From Acidobacteriota bacterium (GTDB taxonomy: Bacteria > Acidobacteriota > UBA6911 > JACQSX01): DNA of 64,000 nucleotides. Below the pieces are notes generated by a model, which saw only the letters and a program-made list of their open reading frames with translations, searched no databases and was not told the origin of the DNA. The first letter of the stretch is position 1; each line of letters starts with the position of its first letter. A program made the translations under genes and the position numbers. Shown here piece by piece: positions 18,747-28,394 of the stretch. The DNA lies in the NCBI GenBank assembly GCA_036507075.1, contig DASXQR010000059.1:1-64000 (forward strand), in the 5' to 3' direction.

Positions 18747-19649
18747 ATGAAACATCTTCGTCCTTACGTTCCACTGCTGATTCTCTGCCAACTGCTCTTG
18801 ACGGATTTTGCCGCGGCTCAGGATCGTCCGCCCATCGTCGGCATTGCGCACATCGCGTTTCGGGTGAGCGATCTTGCGCGCAGTCGCGCTTACTACGGAG
18901 AATTACTGGGATTCGATGAGCCGTTTCAGGTGTTCAATGAAGGCGGAAGCCTGCTGCTCACTTATTTCAAGGTAAACGACCGGCAATATATCGAGATTTT
19001 TCCGGGTCTGCCTCCTGAGCAGGAAGATCGCCTCTACCACATTGCCTTCCAAACGACCGATCTTGAAGCGCTGCGAGTTTATCTGCAGTCCAAGGGCGTC
19101 AAGGTGCCTGCAAGCGTGAATCGGGGGCGCGACGGAAATGTGAACTTCACCGTCATCGATCCCGATGGACACCGCGTTGAGTTCGTGCAGTATCTTCCCG
19201 GCTCCCTGCACACGAAAGCAAAATCGAGATTTGCTTCACCGCAGAGGATCTCCCAGCGCCTGTTGCACGTCGGTGTGACAATCGCGGATTCGGCGGCGGC
19301 GGATCGCTTCTACAAAGACATCCTGGGGTTCTCGGAAATCTGGCGCGGAGGGACGAGCGAGGCCGTCGTCAACTGGATCAATATGAAGGTTCCGGACGGA
19401 ACCGATTACCTGGAATACATGCTGGTGACAGAAAAACCGGACCGAAGGCGACTTGGAACTCTGCACCATGCCGCTTTGCAGGTGCCGGACATCCAGGCGG
19501 CGCTCGACAAAATACGGGAGCGCTCCCAGGGCCCGGAAGCCATCACCATTCGATCTCCCCAGGTGGGCCGCAATAACCGCTGGCAGTTGAACCTCTTCGA
19601 TCCGGACGGCAGCCGCACCGAGCTGATGGAGCCGTTCACGGCGAGATAG
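18747..19649 (+). CDS. Secreted two-domain VOC (glyoxalase/bleomycin resistance) protein
   Basis: Signal peptide; GIAHIAFRVSDL..YYGELLGF, DPDGHRVEF, LLHVG..FYKDILGF, DPDGSRTELME. Confidence 0.85.
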   Translation: MKHLRPYVPLLILCQLLLTDFAAAQDRPPIVGIAHIAFRVSDLARSRAYYGELLGFDEPFQVFNEGGSLLLTYFKVNDRQYIEIFPGLPPEQEDRLYHIAFQTTDLEALRVYLQSKGVKVPASVNRGRDGNVNFTVIDPDGHRVEFVQYLPGSLHTKAKSRFASPQRISQRLLHVGVTIADSAAADRFYKDILGFSEIWRGGTSEAVVNWINMKVPDGTDYLEYMLVTEKPDRRRLGTLHHAALQVPDIQAALDKIRERSQGPEAITIRSPQVGRNNRWQLNLFDPDGSRTELMEPFTAR

Positions 19650-19691
19650 GCGAAACATCGTTTCCTGACGAATTTCGGTTAGTTTCCCGGG

Positions 19692-20987
19692 TCATGCCTG
19701 CCAAAGGAGCCCGAAAAAGAGATAGCAAAGAAGCGCCCCTACGACCGACATGGACAGGCCCCAGGCGAGGACTTTGTTGAACAATACCCGGGTTTCTTCG
19801 CCCGTGGTAAGCGCGGAAGCAATACAGAGCGCCCCGATCGTCGAGAGCGGCGATACATCGACCAGATGTCCGCCCACGTTTATCGAGGAAGCAATCGCAA
19901 GGGGATCGCCGCCGCCGAGTTTCGCAATCAGACCGGGCACGGTAGGTAGAAACGCCGGCAGAACTACGCCCGAAGTGCTGCTGTAGACGGAAATCAAACC
20001 GGTCAGCAACGCGATGACAAACGTGACCGAATGCTGGGTCGAAATTGTCGCCAGCAGCGAAGTAAACAGGCCCATGCCGCCGGTCTTTTCCAGCAGCGCC
20101 ACCAGCAAAGTCATCCCTGAAACCATCATGATCACGTTCCAGGGAATCTGACGTATTGCAGCCGATTCGTCGCCCATCCGCAGAAACGCAAGCAAAACCG
20201 CGCCCGAGAATGCGGCCATGCCGATGTCGACTTCAAATGCAACCACGACTGCGATCAACGTTCCCAGGATGGCAAGCGTCACCCAATGCCGCGCTTCGAA
20301 TTTTTGCGGTGGGAGAGTTTCATGCGTCCCTGTCTCATCTTTATTCCGACCGGGAAAGTTTTCATCATCCGGTTGTCTTCTCCGGAACAGCTTCACGCCG
20401 CCGAATGCGAAATACCCGGCGAAGGCAACCAGTGTATGCGCCACAAGATTGAACAGGTAAGTCTGCCATTCCACCCCGGTCAAACCGATGCGCGCCATCA
20501 GCCCGGTTACAATCACGCCCGTGGGAGCAAAAGGAGAAAGCGAGCCTGCATTGGCGCCGTTGCCGACCATAATGGTCATCAAAAAAGGGGAAATGCCCGC
20601 CTGGGACGCGACGGCCATCGCCATGGGCGACACTATCGCGGCGCTGGCGATATTCCCCGCGCCCACCGATGCAACCGTCACAGCCATCAGGAAAAACGCA
20701 ATGGGAATAAGACCGCTGTTCCCGCGACAGCACCGCACCGCCTGAGCGGCGATCCGCTCGAGCGTGCCGTTGACACGGGCCTGCGTGAACAGCAGGGTGA
20801 CACCCGTCAACGTAAGGAAGAGTCGTGTAGGAAAGCCGGCCGCCACCTCAGCCAGGCTCAACCTGCCGAAATAAACGCCGACAATCCAGGCGAGAACAAG
20901 CGCTACAAAGCCGACATTCAAACGCGTAGTGCAGCTAAGCACGATTGCCAGCACCAGCGCGGCAAGGGAGATCTCTGCCAGATTCAT
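19692..20987 (-). CDS. SLC13/IT-superfamily (MatC-like) dicarboxylate/anion permease
   Basis: Highly hydrophobic; GANAGSLSPFAPTG, YSSTSGVVLP, LVDVSPLSTIGALC. Confidence 0.8.
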   Translation of the reverse strand: MNLAEISLAALVLAIVLSCTTRLNVGFVALVLAWIVGVYFGRLSLAEVAAGFPTRLFLTLTGVTLLFTQARVNGTLERIAAQAVRCCRGNSGLIPIAFFLMAVTVASVGAGNIASAAIVSPMAMAVASQAGISPFLMTIMVGNGANAGSLSPFAPTGVIVTGLMARIGLTGVEWQTYLFNLVAHTLVAFAGYFAFGGVKLFRRRQPDDENFPGRNKDETGTHETLPPQKFEARHWVTLAILGTLIAVVVAFEVDIGMAAFSGAVLLAFLRMGDESAAIRQIPWNVIMMVSGMTLLVALLEKTGGMGLFTSLLATISTQHSVTFVIALLTGLISVYSSTSGVVLPAFLPTVPGLIAKLGGGDPLAIASSINVGGHLVDVSPLSTIGALCIASALTTGEETRVLFNKVLAWGLSMSVVGALLCYLFFGLLWQA

Positions 20988-20996
20988 TAAAATTCT

Positions 20997-21140
20997 CTCA
21001 AATGCGGAATTCGGAATGTGGAATGCGGAATGGTTGATGATCCCGTCTCCTCCAGAAGAAAGTCAACCTGGCATAATTCGCATTCCGCATTCCCCATTCC
21101 CCATTCCCCATTCCCTATTCCCATTCCGCATTCCGCATTG
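20997..21140. repeat. aatgcgg-family inverted heptamer element (opposite orientation to 18541 and 45857)
   Basis: aatgcggaattcggaatgtggaatgcggaat - spacer - cattccgcattccccattccccattcc. Confidence 0.85.
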
Positions 21141-21141
21141 C

Positions 21142-24066
21142 CTAAACCATCAAGGACCGCAGCAGCACGGCCGGGTGCACGGCCCGGCGCCCGCTGAATT
21201 GCTCCACTTGATGCCTGCAAGATGTCCCCGAAGCGACCAGGGCGCTGTCGGCATCCATTCCGAGCACCGCGGGAATCAGGCGGCGCTCGGCAATCTTTCG
21301 CGAAATTTCATAGTGGCTACGCAAGTATCCGAACGATCCGGCCATACCGCAACAGCCCGCATCCAACTCGATCACCTCACACGAGGGAATGCGCGACAAC
21401 AGCGACTGCGCCGCAGCGGCCAGACCCATGGCCTTCTGATGGCAGTGCGCATGCAGCAGGATTCGCTTCGGCCCCGCTCGCAAGGAGAGATGAATGCGCC
21501 CGCTGTCGACCTGCTGCTGCAGAAAATGTTCCAGCAGCATACAGGCGTCGGCAACGCGCTGCGCTTTCTGCTTCGATTGGCGGCCAAGCAACGCAGGGAT
21601 GTCCTCCCGCACAGCCGATAAGCAGCTTGGCTCGCAAAAAAGTATCGTCCGACCCTGGTCCGCCAGCGGGAGCAGCGTTTCCACCGTTGCCTCTGCCTGG
21701 CTCTTCGCCTGCTCCAGCAGCCCCTGGGAGATCAGAGGCCGGCCGCAGCAGCTATACGGCGCCAGCCGCACGCGGATGTTGGCCTGCTCCAGAAGCTCCA
21801 CGGCCGATATCCCGATCTCCGGTTCGTAGTAATTGGTAAACGTGTCATTGAATAACACAACTTCTGCCGCGGGCGAGCCGATTTCGACCAGGCTTCGCCG
21901 CTGAAAAGTTGCCGCAAGCGTGCACCGGCTCCACGGCGGTAGGCTCCGGCGCGCATCGATCCCGAAAAGGATCTCGCCCGCCCGGCGTCCTGCGCGGCTG
22001 TTGATCACCCAGCCGGAAAGCGGCGCGCAGCGGCTGCCCCAGCGGGCCAGCTTGTGGATGTTGCCGAACAGGCGCGCGCGCAGTGGAACGCGATGCCGGC
22101 CCCAGTAGGCGGCCAGAAACTCGCTTTTGAATCGCGCCATGTCCACACTGACAGGGCACTCCGACTTGCATGCCCGGCACTCCAGGCAAAGATCGAGGAC
22201 CTGCAGAACCTCGTCGTCTTTCAATCCAGCCTCGCCCAGCCTTCCGCTCAGGGCCAGGCGCAGGACGTTGGCGCGGCCGCGCGTGCTGTGAGCCTCTTCC
22301 AAGGTGGCCATGTACGACGGACACATCGTTCCATCGAGTTTCTTGCGACAGGCGCCGAGGCCGCTGCACATTTCGACGGCCCGACCAAAGCCCCCGTGAT
22401 CGGAATAGTCGAAATATGTGGGCGGGTCGGGTGTGCGGTAGGATGCTCCGTACCGCAGATTGGAAGTCAGAGGCGGTGCGTCGACAATTTTTCCCGGATT
22501 GAAGATCCCCGCCGGATCGAAGGTCCTTTTGATGCTGCGGAACGCTTCGTAAAGCACCGGACCGAACATTTTCAAGGTGAACGGGCCTCGCACCAGGCCG
22601 TCCCCATGCTCGCCCGACAGGGCTCCGCCGTACTCGAGCACCAGATCGGCAACCTGACCGGCGATCGACTCAAACTGGCGGATCCCATGCTCCGTTTTCA
22701 AGTTGATAACCGGGCGGACGTGAAGACATCCCACCGAGGCATGCGCATAAACTCCGGCGGTGGTCCCATGTTCCCGAATGATGCTCAGAAATCTTTCAAT
22801 GTAATCCCGCAGCTTTTCGGGCGCCACCGCTGTGTCTTCAACGAAGGAAATGGCTTTCGAATCTCCCTTCATTGCCATGGATAATCCAAGCGCCGCCTTT
22901 CGCAGTCTCCAGATGCGCTCCTGCGCCCTCTCTTCAAAAGCGCGATGGGTGTGATAACCGATGACGTTGTGAGCCAGCTCTGACTCCAACCCGCTTACGC
23001 GCGCAGCTACTTCCTCTCTGCTGTCGCCATAAAATTCGACAAGCAACAGGGCTTCAGGATTTCCCGTGATGAAGTCCCGCAGTTCCTGCAGCGACGCGCT
23101 GTGTCGCGTGGAGTCAAGGATAAAGCTGTCGAGCACTTCGATGGCTGCCGGCCGGTGCGTCAAGATCAGCGGCGTTGCCTTCAACGCTGCCAGCAGATCG
23201 TGAAAATGAACTACCAGCACAGCTTTTGCTGCGGGCAGGGGGACCAGTTGAATCTTGCCTTGAACAACCAGGCCCAGAGTTCCTTCCGAGCCGACCATCA
23301 GATTGCAGAGATTGAATGGCTGATCCGGCCTGGCAAAGGCATCCAGGTTATATCCACCCACGCGGCGCAGAATCCTGGGAAAACGACGGTCAATCTCCGC
23401 CGCGCAGGATCGCGCCAATTGCTGTACCAGGCGGCAGCCGTCCGCTTCCACGCCGGTTCCTGAGGATGCCCGCTGCAACTCATCTTCTGACAGCGCGCGG
23501 AAGTGCGCGAGCTTTCCATCCGAGAGAACCACGTGCTGCTCGAGAACATGATCGATGGTCTTGCCATAGATGACCGAGCGCGCGCCGCTCGAGTTGTTCG
23601 CCATCATCCCGCCGATCGTCGCTCGATTCGAAGTCGATACATCAGGCGCGAATTTGAGGCCCCTGGAACGCAGGTGAGCGTTGAGATCGTCAAGGACGAC
23701 ACCTGTCTCCACCCATGCCCAGCGCTCCCGGACATTCACTTCCAGAATTCGATTCAAGTACTTTGAAGTGTCTATCTGGATTCCGGCTCCGACAGCCTGA
23801 CCGGCCTGGGAGGTGCCGCCGCCCCGGATCGTCATGGGACAATGGAAACGGCTGCAGATCTGGACGGTGCGCACCACATCCTGGCGCGATTTTACGACCA
23901 CCACACCGAGGGGCCGAATCTGATAGATGCTGGCATCGGTGGAATACAGAGCTCGAGAAACCGGATCAAACCGGACTTCGCCTTCGATCTCTGACGTGAG
24001 CGCCCCTTGCAGGGCCGCAACATCCACGGCAGCGGCGTCGGCCTGGGGAACCGCTTCAGGGAACAT
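21142..24066 (-). CDS. FAD-linked oxidase / 4Fe-4S / CCG-domain oxidoreductase (YdiJ-like 2-hydroxyacid dehydrogenase)
   Basis: YSTDAS, RGGGTSQAGQ, TIGGMMANNSSGA, GSEGTLG, SGEHGDG, FNPGK, CSGLGAC, CLECRACKSECP, CCGRP, CCGMAGSFG. Confidence 0.9.
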   Translation of the reverse strand: MFPEAVPQADAAAVDVAALQGALTSEIEGEVRFDPVSRALYSTDASIYQIRPLGVVVVKSRQDVVRTVQICSRFHCPMTIRGGGTSQAGQAVGAGIQIDTSKYLNRILEVNVRERWAWVETGVVLDDLNAHLRSRGLKFAPDVSTSNRATIGGMMANNSSGARSVIYGKTIDHVLEQHVVLSDGKLAHFRALSEDELQRASSGTGVEADGCRLVQQLARSCAAEIDRRFPRILRRVGGYNLDAFARPDQPFNLCNLMVGSEGTLGLVVQGKIQLVPLPAAKAVLVVHFHDLLAALKATPLILTHRPAAIEVLDSFILDSTRHSASLQELRDFITGNPEALLLVEFYGDSREEVAARVSGLESELAHNVIGYHTHRAFEERAQERIWRLRKAALGLSMAMKGDSKAISFVEDTAVAPEKLRDYIERFLSIIREHGTTAGVYAHASVGCLHVRPVINLKTEHGIRQFESIAGQVADLVLEYGGALSGEHGDGLVRGPFTLKMFGPVLYEAFRSIKRTFDPAGIFNPGKIVDAPPLTSNLRYGASYRTPDPPTYFDYSDHGGFGRAVEMCSGLGACRKKLDGTMCPSYMATLEEAHSTRGRANVLRLALSGRLGEAGLKDDEVLQVLDLCLECRACKSECPVSVDMARFKSEFLAAYWGRHRVPLRARLFGNIHKLARWGSRCAPLSGWVINSRAGRRAGEILFGIDARRSLPPWSRCTLAATFQRRSLVEIGSPAAEVVLFNDTFTNYYEPEIGISAVELLEQANIRVRLAPYSCCGRPLISQGLLEQAKSQAEATVETLLPLADQGRTILFCEPSCLSAVREDIPALLGRQSKQKAQRVADACMLLEHFLQQQVDSGRIHLSLRAGPKRILLHAHCHQKAMGLAAAAQSLLSRIPSCEVIELDAGCCGMAGSFGYLRSHYEISRKIAERRLIPAVLGMDADSALVASGTSCRHQVEQFSGRRAVHPAVLLRSLMV

Positions 24067-24126
24067 CTGCTGCTGTATAGCAGCGGTTGTTTGACGATGT
24101 CAATCGAGGGCTATGGCGAAATGGAC

Positions 24127-24435
24127 TTCACCACAGAGGCATAGCCCGGCCGCAGGCCGCAACCAAAAAGCCGTCCACGAAAACGTCAACGACTACGTCT
24201 AAGGTTTACGGGCACGGTCACGCCAAGCTCCACGTCCTGCGTTCACGAGCACGAGCGCGCCAACGTCCAGGTCCCATGTCCACGATTACGACAAGATGAT
24301 CAACTTCAATTCTCTGCAGCCCAGGCTGCACCCCACGAGATTGTAGACGTTATCGTAGACGTGGCCGTCCCCCGTGGACGTTGGACGTGGTCGTGCTCGT
24401 GAACGAGAGACGTGGTCGTGGACGTAGACGGCTTT
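24127..24435. repeat. Hexamer-periodic inverted array (ACG/CGT every 6 bp) preceded by a caccacagaggc|atagcccggc..gccgcaacc end
   Basis: aaagccgtccacgaaaacgtcaacgactacgtc ... gtggtcgtggacgtagacggcttt, with central hairpin tgcagcccaggctgca. Confidence 0.7.
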
Positions 24436-24462
24436 GAAAAACGTTGCCAAAAAAACAAGAAG

Positions 24463-24744
24463 TTACTGCTTTTCTTGGCGTTCTTGCCGGTGAAGATTCT
24501 TGCGGAGATGATCGGGGTCATTTCTGTAGTACATCTCGGGATCATCCTTGCCGCCATGAACTTTCTGTGCGGAAGCGACCGGTTCCATTACTCCGTGGGT
24601 TGCGCAGTACTGCCAAGTGGTGTAACCGTCGTGGAAGTGCAGCACGTGATATTCGTGCCGCTTGACGGGATGAGCGAAGGTGGCGAGTAAAATGGTTGAA
24701 CCCATTACGATCCCCACCAGGAATATCGCAAACTTGTTTCTCAT
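24463..24744 (-). CDS. Small hypothetical membrane-anchored or secreted His-rich protein (93 aa)
   Basis: ggagag RBS before ATG 24744; MRNKFAIFLVGIVMGSTILLATFA hydrophobic leader. The last ~12 codons come from a 9-mer repeat. Confidence 0.55.
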   Translation of the reverse strand: MRNKFAIFLVGIVMGSTILLATFAHPVKRHEYHVLHFHDGYTTWQYCATHGVMEPVASAQKVHGGKDDPEMYYRNDPDHLRKNLHRQERQEKQ

Positions 24745-25079
24745 AAACGCCTCTCCACGGCGCCTTACATCCAAAGAGGAAGCAAATTGCGATCCATAAC
24801 CGGGAGAAATCCGCCTCCGAAACCGTAAAATATTAGCTTTGAAGGAGATACAGTCGCCAAGGGGATGCCGCGGCCTAAATCTTCCTGAATTTATTTCAGG
24901 TCCGCGATGTCCAACATGTTGTCCAGCTGCCACACTGGTGTCAATTTCCTAACTGACTGGATAGTCCCGGCTATCCAAAAAAAACCAACCGCGAAGGACG
25001 GCAAGAACGCCAAGATAATGCTCTTGGCGCAGCAAGTTGGCAACATTGGCACCCATCGGTACCGCGACCGCAAGCCCAT

Positions 25080-25250
25080 ATTATTCACAAACTGATTGCC
25101 ACGAAGACACGAAGACACGAAGGGACATCATTTAGCCTGAAGTGGCGCTTCTTAATTAATCTCATTGGCTGTTGCCAGAGTGTTACTTCTAGTTGACGGT
25201 TACGAACTTCGTGTCTTCGTATCTTCGTGGCAATCATGTTTGTGAATAAT
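25080..25250. repeat. 9-mer inverted-repeat element (cacgaagac)n
   Basis: attattcacaaactgattgccacgaagacacgaagacacgaag ... cttcgtgtcttcgtatcttcgtggcaatcatgtttgtgaataat. Confidence 0.85.
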
Positions 25251-25296
25251 CCGGACAAGGGAGCGAGCGACACACCAGATTCTTGAATTCTGCGGA

Positions 25297-25440
25297 TCAG
25301 CGTAGCCCGCCTAGACCAATCACGCCGCTTACAATCAAGTAGATCGCGACGAAGTAATTCAGGGACGCCGGATAAATCAGGATCAGGATTCCGACGACGA
25401 TGGCCAGTACGGGCGAGATGTTGGTTCTGCTGAATCTCAT
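25297..25440 (-). CDS. DUF3096-family small membrane protein (47 aa, below the ORF-track cutoff)
   Basis: MRFSRTNISPVLAIVVGILILIYPASLNYFVAIYLIVSGVIGLGGLR-stop, with aggaagg RBS upstream. Confidence 0.8.
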   Translation of the reverse strand: MRFSRTNISPVLAIVVGILILIYPASLNYFVAIYLIVSGVIGLGGLR

Positions 25441-25464
25441 AGACCTTCCTTTGATGTAACGGCG

Positions 25465-26235
25465 TCAGGGTTGACCAAAAATAAATTCCACTTTCGGGCT
25501 CTCCTTTGGCCCCACAGTAACTTTTTGTTGTTGAGTTCCCAGTTTCTCATGCCAGGCTTCCAGAGTGTACTGTCCGGGCGGAAGGTTTCTTATCTCAAAA
25601 ACGCCATCACTTGAAGTAACGGCGTAAAACGGATGCGGCAACACTCCGATATATGCGCGCATCCAGGGATGTATATTGCACATCACGCGCACCATCACTT
25701 CAGGCTGATCGAAGTTTTTCACCAGTGGAAGACCCCTGGGCGGCTGCGAGAGGTTCCACTCCTGATTCAGCTTCGGCAGCGGGTGCACGTTGTGCATTGT
25801 CGGATCACTGTTGAGAATCTTGAGACGTTGTCCGGTTTGAATTCCGACCACCCGGGGATGGTATATACAACCCTTCTGGTCCAGGATCACGGGCTCGGCA
25901 GGCGCCTGGAATCTGCGTTCTTCGAAGCCCTGCTTCACGTAGACGAACACGTTTCGCAATCCCCCCTGGGAGCTTGTGTCGACCAACTGCAGTTGAACCG
26001 GTCCCTGATGCTGGCCCGCACAGTTTCGATCTGCATCCATGCGCAGCGTTACCGGATCGGGCACCGTCCCGCGAAACAGCGCCTTCCCTTTCAAATCAAA
26101 TGTGTCCGCAGCAGCAGCCGTTCGAGCCGCCGGCCAGCGAAGCTCCAGGTCTGGTGTTGCGATGAAAATTCGCGCCGCGCTCAATAAACAAAAGATGAAA
26201 GCCGTTGTAGCTGCCAGACGCTTCAAGTAAGCCAT
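25465..26235 (-). CDS. Secreted cupredoxin-like / carboxypeptidase-regulatory-like domain protein
   Basis: Signal; LDQKGCIYHPRV, NSDPTMHNVH, CNIHPWM, LPPGQYTLEAWHE. Confidence 0.75.
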   Translation of the reverse strand: MAYLKRLAATTAFIFCLLSAARIFIATPDLELRWPAARTAAAADTFDLKGKALFRGTVPDPVTLRMDADRNCAGQHQGPVQLQLVDTSSQGGLRNVFVYVKQGFEERRFQAPAEPVILDQKGCIYHPRVVGIQTGQRLKILNSDPTMHNVHPLPKLNQEWNLSQPPRGLPLVKNFDQPEVMVRVMCNIHPWMRAYIGVLPHPFYAVTSSDGVFEIRNLPPGQYTLEAWHEKLGTQQQKVTVGPKESPKVEFIFGQP

Positions 26236-26284
26236 GGTTTCTCCTGTTCAAAGCTCCAGTTTCCATAATATCCAGAGATCCCCG

Positions 26285-26391
26285 GAAACCCGAAGGGTTT
26301 AAAGAATATAGCCGGCGGCAATGCCCGCGTCTTGTGCGCGCGAAAACGCGCGCATTGCCGCCGGCTATACTCTGTAAACCCTTCGGGTTTC
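26285..26391. repeat. ~105-bp hairpin (REP-like) element
   Basis: aaacccgaagggtttaaagaatatagccggcggcaatgc ... gcattgccgccggctatactctgtaaacccttcgggttt. A related half-copy lies at about 38820-38856. Confidence 0.8.
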
Positions 26392-26395
26392 TTCG

Positions 26396-28066
26396 CTAAT
26401 CTTCCGCCTCTTCTGCTTGCGGCCGTCCACGCCGCATCTCGGTGGTGAACTTTTTCGGATGTTCTGGCCGCAAAACCGTCTCCAGCTCCGCCCGGAATGC
26501 CTGCGTGCGCCGGATATGCTGCTCATAGCTTTGAATTTCCCCGGCCACCATATCAGACGACCAGCCGAACTCGCGTGCCATGCATTCGGCCACCGCCTTG
26601 ACGGCCGACATTCCCTGGTCGTGACTGTAACCCATCATTGTTCTGCGCAGCATAAAGTCGGACAATCTCAAGCAGTACTCGGAACGCACGGCAAATAAAA
26701 CCTGCGCAGCGATGTCGGGAGAGTACTCCGACAAGCGTTGGCGGTGCCGCGGATCCTCGTCGGCGATTTCAATCACTTCGCAGGCACGCGACCCGTAGAT
26801 GGAATGCAGGTGCCGGATTGTTTCCTGATTCAATCCCGAAGCGGATGATCCTACTGCAAGGGATTGGCACCCGGGCAGCGGATCGGTCGCGGTGCTGCAT
26901 GTCCGCCCCTTTCCCAGTTTTGCACAGACCAGGTCTGTTACTTCCTCAGCGATAGCCCGATAGCCGGTGATCTTACCGCCCAGGACGGAAATCAATCCTC
27001 CCACGCCGTTGTCCTTTTCATCCGCGACGCGGTGCATTCGCGAGACGTCGGACTCTCTTCCGCTCTTCTTCACCAGGGCGCGGACGCCGCAGTTCGAATA
27101 AAGAACACCCTCCGAGTGGAGGGACGGAAAATATTCCTGGACGGAGCGCAGCAAGTATCGCACGTCTTCTCCGGTCGCTCTTGCCTGGCCGGGATCATCA
27201 AGGTAGTCAGTGTCTGTGGTGCCGACCCAACTGTAGCCGAGCCAGGGGATCACAAAAAACAGCCGGGCATCCAAAGAAGAAAAAAGAACCACGGCCCGCT
27301 CGTTCACAGCAGGAAAGGCGATGTGGATTCCTTTGGTCGTGCGCAACCGGGAAGCGGCAGCCGGCATTAATTCTTTGGAAACACGATCGAGCCAGGCGCC
27401 GGTTGCATTCACCACGACCGGCGCTCTTAGATGCATTCTCTCACCGCTCGGAAAGTCCTTGACGACGACGCCTTCTACTCCGCCGCCGGAGCGCAGGAGT
27501 CCCGTGACAGCGGCATAATTGACAACGGACGCACCGTGATGGGCAGCGTCAATCAGATTCTCCAGGCAAAGCCGCTCTGGAGAAGTGACCTGAGCGTCGT
27601 AATAGCTGACACCACCCTGCAGCCCGTTGCTTTTCAGTCCCGGTTCCGCAGATTGGACCTGGGCCGCGGTAAGGAATCGATAAGAAGGCAGCCGCGATCC
27701 GGAACTGATGCGGTGGTACAGCATCATTCCGATTTTCATCTTCAAGCGGTAGAACGCACTTCGATCGTAAAAGGGAAGAATAAATTCCAGGGGCCTGATC
27801 AGGTGCGGCGCAATTTGCAACAGGATTTCTCTCTCGCGCAGATCCATGCGAACCAGTCGGAAATCCAGCATTTCAAGGTAACGCAGGCCCCCGTGGATCA
27901 GGCGCGAGGAACCCGATGTGGTTCCGGCTGAAAAATCATTCTTTTCAAAAAGTGCCACCTTCAGGCCGCGCAGGGCTGCGTCGCGCGCCACACCAGCGCC
28001 AATAATGCCGCCGCCGATGACGATGACGTCAAAGCTGCAATCCTGAAGCTGCCGAAGCCGGTTCAT
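26396..28066 (-). CDS. glpD: FAD-dependent glycerol-3-phosphate dehydrogenase/oxidase
   Basis: FDVIVIGGGIIGAGVARDAALRGL, GTTSGSSRLIHGGLRYLE, VVNATGAW, GTTDT, GVRAL, GGKITGYR, DFMLRRT. Confidence 0.88.
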   Translation of the reverse strand: MNRLRQLQDCSFDVIVIGGGIIGAGVARDAALRGLKVALFEKNDFSAGTTSGSSRLIHGGLRYLEMLDFRLVRMDLREREILLQIAPHLIRPLEFILPFYDRSAFYRLKMKIGMMLYHRISSGSRLPSYRFLTAAQVQSAEPGLKSNGLQGGVSYYDAQVTSPERLCLENLIDAAHHGASVVNYAAVTGLLRSGGGVEGVVVKDFPSGERMHLRAPVVVNATGAWLDRVSKELMPAAASRLRTTKGIHIAFPAVNERAVVLFSSLDARLFFVIPWLGYSWVGTTDTDYLDDPGQARATGEDVRYLLRSVQEYFPSLHSEGVLYSNCGVRALVKKSGRESDVSRMHRVADEKDNGVGGLISVLGGKITGYRAIAEEVTDLVCAKLGKGRTCSTATDPLPGCQSLAVGSSASGLNQETIRHLHSIYGSRACEVIEIADEDPRHRQRLSEYSPDIAAQVLFAVRSEYCLRLSDFMLRRTMMGYSHDQGMSAVKAVAECMAREFGWSSDMVAGEIQSYEQHIRRTQAFRAELETVLRPEHPKKFTTEMRRGRPQAEEAED

Positions 28067-28084
28067 GGAGCTCGTCACCTTGCT

Positions 28085-28338
28085 TGCCACGAAGACACGA
28101 TGGCACGAAGTTCATTAATTTTGATTAGATTTTTGATTAGCATCAGGTACGTAGGGTAACTTAAATCATTAAAACGATTTGAACGGCAACAGCCCTCCTC
28201 CCATGCAGCCCTCTGCCTTTCCTGAGCATTCCGGACCTGCCACGAAGACGCGATGTCATGATGGCCGCGCAGGGTCTTCGCCATTGTGCGTTCCCAAACC
28301 TCCCTTAATGAACTTCGTGTCATCGTGGCTTCGTGGCA
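28085..28338. repeat. 9-mer element with near-perfect 33-bp terminal inverted repeats
   Basis: tgccacgaagacacgatggcacgaagttcatta / taatgaacttcgtgtcatcgtggcttcgtggca. Confidence 0.8.
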
Positions 28339-28394
28339 GACCAGAGTTGTCACCAGGGCCCGACGGCATTAAGCTCGTTTGCACGGAGGAGAAT

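Noticed and set aside
24840..24935. c-di-GMP-I riboswitch (gccgcggcctaaa...cagctgcc)
   Set aside because: The P1/GNRA and GCAAA elements are not recognisable and no gene follows on that strand.
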